From positions 1-14,198 of the forward strand of contig NW_021825902.1 of assembly GCF_006345805.1 (NCBI RefSeq): 14,198 nucleotides of DNA, given 5' to 3'. The notes under the pieces were generated by a model. That model worked only from the letters and a program-made list of their open reading frames with translations. It did no database searches and was not told the DNA's origin. A program made the translations under genes and the position numbers. This document shows, piece by piece, positions 9,098-14,198 of the stretch. The stretch comes from Octopus sinensis. Taxonomy: Eukaryota. Position 1 is the first letter of the stretch. Every line of letters begins with the position of its first letter.

Positions 9098-9349
9098 AGG
9101 AGGAAGGAAGTAGAAATTTAATCAGTTACTGCTATTTAAGCTATCAAAGAGAAAGGAAAGGGAAAGCTAAGGGGATGGGCACAAGTTGATACTAACAGAA
9201 AAATCTAAGCTTGTTTAGAACAAAATTCGAACTGAGGTCAACAATTTATTTCTTTATTTATAAATGTTACTATTAATAGATTGTCAGGTTACAAAGAGGT
9301 CATTTGAAAAGAAAGAAAAATGGGGTTGTTTTTAAATGAAATTAAACAA

Positions 9350-9435
9350 TTATATTATTATTATACTATACTATAATACACTATACTATATTATATTATA
9401 TTATTTTGTTATATTATATCACATCACAATACACT
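9350..9435. repeat. Pentanucleotide (TATAC/TATAT/ACATC)n simple repeat
   Basis: Visible 5-nt periodicity drifting in sequence. Confidence 0.8.
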
Positions 9436-9778
9436 ACGATAGGTCTGGGATTAGCAGAATTAATTTTTAGTGTAAAAGAAATTAAGAGATTTAACTAACT
9501 ATATTGTAATGGGTTAAAAATAGACTAAGAAATGGAGATAAAAATAGAGCAAAATTTAATTTATTGATAATATGGTCCAATAAAAAATAAATCAAATATT
9601 AAATCAATAAGTATTAAATAGTACCATCAGAGAGAGAAAAAATTATAATCATAGCTAGTTAGATCTTATCTTTCTAGTTAATATATAATATACTATGTAG
9701 GAGTGATATGTAAGTCAAAATGAATTTTATGCAAAATGATTCCAGTATACATTATCAATTGAGATATCATTTAAAATA

Positions 9779-11117
9779 TCATTTAAAATATTTAAGAGTC
9801 TTAACCCGAGCATGTATACAAGATTTTCCAAGTTCAATTCTGCTGTTTAATTGAATTTCTCCATTATTTCTATACATTAGTATTTCAAATGCTTCCATGG
9901 AGCAAAGTTGGCAGCCTACTCTGCTATTTTTATAGGGTTTTGCTCTTCTGACTAATTCCCAATTAAGATTATATTTGATATTATTGTTTTTTAGTTCCCA
10001 AATTTTACTAGAAAGAGTGGTGCTATCAGCCTTATGACGTAATTTAAAGGATGAGAGATGGTTATTCAATCTCTGTTTAAAATTTACAGTGCATCCAACA
10101 TAAGAGAACTTATTATTATCTGTGGTTACGGAGCACTTGTAGATTATGTTAATTAACCCGCATAAATCAGGGGCCGGGCATTTTGATTTAATTCTGCAAT
10201 TACATCTAGGGGCATTATAATTAGAGGTGGAATAACTTGAGGATAGAAGTCTTAAATTACTGCTGCTCGAAGCAGAGCGGGTAAATTTATCATGATTTTG
10301 ATTATTGTTATTATCTGAAAAAACTCTATCATTATTGTAGTTAATATTATTATCTAAAATAGTATTATCATTTATAGGTATTCTTACATTTTCATTTGGT
10401 TCTAAATCCCTACTTTCATTATTATTATTATTGGTGCAGCTATCTAAAATAATGTTATCATTATTGCAGTTGATGTTATCTTCTAAAGTAGTATTATCAT
10501 TTGTCGGTATTCCTACACTATCGTTTGGTTCTATAACTCTACTATCATTGCTGATATTGTTGATGCTATTAGTATTGTTGTCGATATTGTTTTCCAGATG
10601 TGTAGTGTTGTTCCGTTGTATTTTTATTTTTATTAATTAAATTTTTTCTGGCTAGTTTTATGTTATTATTATTGATCTTAGCTATTAAAGTGGACATATT
10701 TGGGAGAGTTGAATAAGAAATTCTGACTGTTTTTTAGAAATAATTTTATGATATCTATGAGAGGATGGGAAATTTTTTTCTAGAATTGTTTTGAATCTAC
10801 CCTGAATATCTGATGAAACCGCACAGTTAAAAGGGATGTTTAGCCATATTATGTCTTTCTTATTAATTTTCTTAGAATTAGAGTTAGGGCTGCTAGAATT
10901 TTTCCCACTAGAGTTAGGGTTATTAGAGTTAATCGTACCATCATCAGATTCTTTGTATTTATTAATGTTCCTGTTAGCATGTTTGCTAGTTTTATCTAAG
11001 TTTATTTTACTCTTCTTATAAGTATTCTCTGTTATGTTTTTATTAATATTCTTAATATCATTAGGGTACTTTGCCGTTGTAAATCTATTTCTACTATCCT
11101 TTCTGGTATGGTCATTA
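9779..11117 (-). pseudogene. C-terminal part of the PLE ORF (RT thumb region, linker, GIY-YIG endonuclease)
   Basis: Stop-free frame 10636-9779 (286 codons) is the same frame as 11117-~10730. The two are joined via a -1 indel in an A-run near 10730 and a +1 indel near 10635. Confidence 0.85.
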
Positions 11118-11680
11118 TAAATATATATATATATAAATATATATAAATATATATATATATTATATATATATAATATATATAATATATATATATATAATAT
11201 ATATATATATATAATTATATATATATATAATATATATATATAAATATAAATATATATAAATATATATATATCTATATATAAGTATAAATATATATATAAA
11301 TATATATAAGTATAAATATATATAAAATATATTAAATATATTATAAATAGATATATATATATATTTATATATATAAATATAAATATATATAAATATATAT
11401 ATATCAATATATATACATATATATATATAAATATAAATATATATACATATATATAAATATAAATATAAATATGTATGTATAAATATATATATATATAAAT
11501 TAAATCTATTACACTATATATATATAAATATAATATATATACATAAATATACATATAGATATATATAGATATATATAAATATAAATATATATATATATAG
11601 ATATATATAATATATATATATAATAAATATAAATAAATATATTATATATATAAATATAAATATAAATATATAATATATAT
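11117..11680. repeat. Long (TA)n microsatellite
   Basis: About 560 bp of TA-periodic sequence. Confidence 0.98.
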
Positions 11681-13666
11681 ACTCTTTTACTCTTTTACTC
11701 TTTTACTTGTTTCAGCCATCCGGCTGAGGCCATGCTGGGGCACCGCCCTTGTTGCTACCCTCTCTAAGTCCAGTTTGCCGTGGCTGGCCACTGATCTAAG
11801 AGAGAGTTTGTAGCTGCTGCCCTTAGGTACCTTCGTACCTTGCAGTGGATTCATCTGGGATCCCGGAAAGCAGCTTGTCTAGATGTTTTTTGAAAATGTC
11901 CACATCCGCATCATGTAGATCTCTTAGTTTTCCTTGGCAGTTTGTTGAACAGCTGAGGGCCCCTGAACCCCAGGCTATTACAGTATCTGCTCCTTACCCT
12001 GGATGTGGAAGACGGGACCTTTGGCACCACACAGTGACGTCCTGTGCGGGATTGGAACAGCTCTCAATTCCCAAATTTGGTGCTAGTCCCTCCAGGATTT
12101 TCCATATGTATATCACTGCATATCTCTCTCGTCTTCGTTCCAAGGAATACAAATTGAGTTCCCTAAGCCTCTCCCAATAGTTCTTTTCTTTCATGGTGAA
12201 ATCCTCTTGGTGAAATGTCTTTGGATTGTCTCAAGCTCTGTGGTTCGTTTGACACTATGCGGTGACCACAGTTGGGAGCAGTAGTCCAGGCGGCTTAGGA
12301 CAAATGTCCTCCATAGTGTCAACATGGTCTCGCAGTCTCTGTCCCGAATGTCCTCAGGATCCAGCCAGTGAGTCGTCTGCACATTGTCGCCACCTTCGCG
12401 ATGTGTGAAGAAAAGAATGCATCGTCACTCATGTCTATCCCCAGGTCCCGTATTGATTTCGATACTGGGATTTCGATCCTCCTGGACCAGTATAGTTGTG
12501 TTGTAATGTATATGTGTTTACAGCTTGATATTGTAAGGCTTGATTTACCAGCATTAAATTGCATGTTTTTGTCTTCAGCCCATTTGTATATGGCATCCAT
12601 CTTGTTGTAAAAGGTCAGCATCAGCTGGGTTTTTGATTGCCTGTGCTACCTTTGTGTCATCAGCATAGCTAGTGAGGGATGTTGTTTGTGCTACCAAGGG
12701 CATGTCAGAGAGCGCCACCAAAAACAGCAAGGGTCCCAAGACTGTGCCCTGTGGCACCCCGCTGCTATTGGTGTCTTTCCCAAGAGGGCTCCATTGGCTG
12801 CAACCATCTGGCTTCTGTCCTTCAGGAAGTCATGTATCCACTCACCTACTTTTCCTGTTATGCCGAGTCTGAGTAATTTGTGACATATCACTCCGTGGTC
12901 GACTTTGTCAAAGGCCTTCGCAAAGTCGAGATATACCACATCCACCTGTGAGCGATCCAGTAGTTGTTTCAGTACCCAGTCGTAGTGTTGTAACAGCTGC
13001 GTAAGGCAGCTTCTTCCTGGGCGAAAGCCATGCTGTGTGTCAGTGAGACGGTTAGTTTCTTCGAGGAACGTGATCAGTTTTTTTCTGATGATTCGTTCCA
13101 TGACCTTACTTATGTGTGACGTCAGGGAGACTGGCCTGTAGTTTTTGGCCTCTGCTCTACTCCCTCCTTTGTGGAAAGGGCATATGGTGCCTTCTTTTAG
13201 CGCCCTGGGCAGTTTACCGTTAGCCAAGGAACCACTGAAGAGCTTCTTCAGTGGCCCGCTAGGGCATGCCTGCATGTTTTTAGGAGGACTGCTGGGAATC
13301 CATCTGGTCCAGCGCTGAGTTATTCTCATTTTTCTATGGCAGATATTACATCCCTCTCTGTTATGTCTATGTGGTCGATGGTTGTTGTTTGGTTTTGGAG
13401 TGTTGTGGCATCAAAGAAAACTTCTAGGTTTGTGATTTGCATGTGCCCCAGAGGGGACGTGAACACACTTTTATACTGTTCTTTTAGTATTCACTTATCC
13501 CTTGGGGGTCCTCAGTTAGAGAGCCCTTTTTATCAAAGAGTGGGCCAATCTTGCAGTGTACCGAGGTGGTTTCTTTCGCAAATTTAAAGAAGGCTTAGGG
13601 TTTGCTTTAATATTCTCTATGGCCCTGGCTTCTCTCTTTCTGCCCTCTCCTTCTTCTTCTCTTCTT
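11681..13666 (-). mobile_element. CR1-group LINE copy 3, 5'-truncated upstream of RT
   Basis: AIENIKANPK, GPDGFP, NYRPVSLTSH, QHGFRPGRSC, YLDFAKAFDKVDH, PQGTVLGPLLF, YADDTK, LDYCSQLWSP and YWERLRELNLYSLERR. 3' tail is three copies of the octamer AAAAGAGT (11681-11704). Many small frameshifts. Confidence 0.95.
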
Positions 13667-13845
13667 ATATATATACATATTATATTAATATATATATATA
13701 TATATACAATACATATATATATAAAATATCTAATATATATAAATTATATATATATATATAAAAATATATTATATTATATAAATATATATATATTAATTAT
13801 AAATTATATATAAATATTATAATATGTTATAAAATATTATAATAA
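13666..13845. repeat. (TA)n microsatellite
   Basis: Degenerate TA run at the 5' junction of LINE copy 3. Confidence 0.96.
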
Positions 13846-14198
13846 TCCAGGTTTCTCGTAGCACTAGGCACTTGGTGTGAATAAATATACTATTAAATTA
13901 GTATCTAATTCTCTCACCCTTATTAATTAATTATAATTATGCTGCATTTATTTCTAAATGCTGTATGTTTTTTTCCTGAAAGTTTGGCGCGCTGTTGGTT
14001 GGGGCATTGAATTATAACGTCGGATGTAATCAATTGAACCACACGCGTATTTATCGTTATGGTAAAATCTGGCGTGTGATTGAGTGGATTTCATCCAATA
14101 GTCTTGACTGACGAGCTACAATGGATTTTTTTGTAAGTAATATTACATTTAATTCATTAATAGCGAAACAATTGTCCCAAAATAATCTGTATTTTTGT
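13846..14198 (+). mobile_element. Probable terminal (pseudo-LTR) region of another Penelope-like or retrozyme-like element, running off the window
   Basis: Non-coding, starts at a (TA)n edge and contains a hammerhead motif with the same topology as 8488-8575. No ORF is visible in the window. Confidence 0.5.
14101..14183 (+). ncRNA. Type I hammerhead ribozyme, stem I partly degenerate
   Basis: CUGACGA (14108-14114), stem II GCUA/UAGC (14115-14118 / 14161-14164) with inner AAUGGA/UUCAUU, GAAA (14165-14168), palindromic ACAAUUGU, GUC triplet (14174-14176). Stem I GUCUUGA/CCAAAAU has two mismatches. Confidence 0.72.

Larger units (their letters stand above)
8468..11117 (-). mobile_element. Penelope-like element with C-terminal GIY-YIG endonuclease, 5'-truncated (RT core missing)
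   Basis: Minus-strand reading gives [33 protein letters not shown], then CNCRIKSKCPAPDLC (10160-10204), IIY (10139-10147), YVG (10094-10102), FKQRLNNH and CQLCSME..CIH. Long 3' region ends in a hammerhead ribozyme. Flanked by (TA)n. Confidence 0.88.

Noticed and set aside
2871-13666. All four ORF-bearing elements are on the minus strand
   Set aside because: With four elements the chance of a common orientation is 1 in 8, which is not significant.
13866-13960. Short matches (acttggtg, accct, attaattaatt, tatttctaa) to the 7932-8100 element
   Set aside because: Too short, AT-rich and not clearly collinear to support homology.

Overview
AT-rich eukaryotic (animal) genomic DNA. The SINE sequences resemble octopus repeats as I recall them, but the species assignment is an unverified inference. 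Positions 1-2700 look intronic or intergenic, with tRNA-derived SINE copies, simple repeats and a few ambiguous candidate exons. Positions 2700-14198 are a nest of retroelements, each bounded by (TA)n tracts. The nest holds three different CR1-group LINE copies on the minus strand (2871-6264 nearly full length; 6324-7250 and 11681-13666 5'-truncated), a ~150-bp-arm inverted repeat (8032-8392), and a 5'-truncated Penelope-like element (PLE, ~8468-11117, minus) with a C-terminal GIY-YIG endonuclease and a CxCx5Cx5C linker. A second probable PLE terminus starts at 13846. Highlights: an intact type I hammerhead ribozyme with a palindromic (dimer-type) helix III at 8488-8575 (minus), a second, degenerate one at 14101-14183 (plus), tandem repeats that may be decayed ribozyme monomers, and a covarying double-hairpin 3' tail shared by all three LINEs. 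No prokaryotic genes, CRISPR arrays, rRNA or true tRNA genes are supported.
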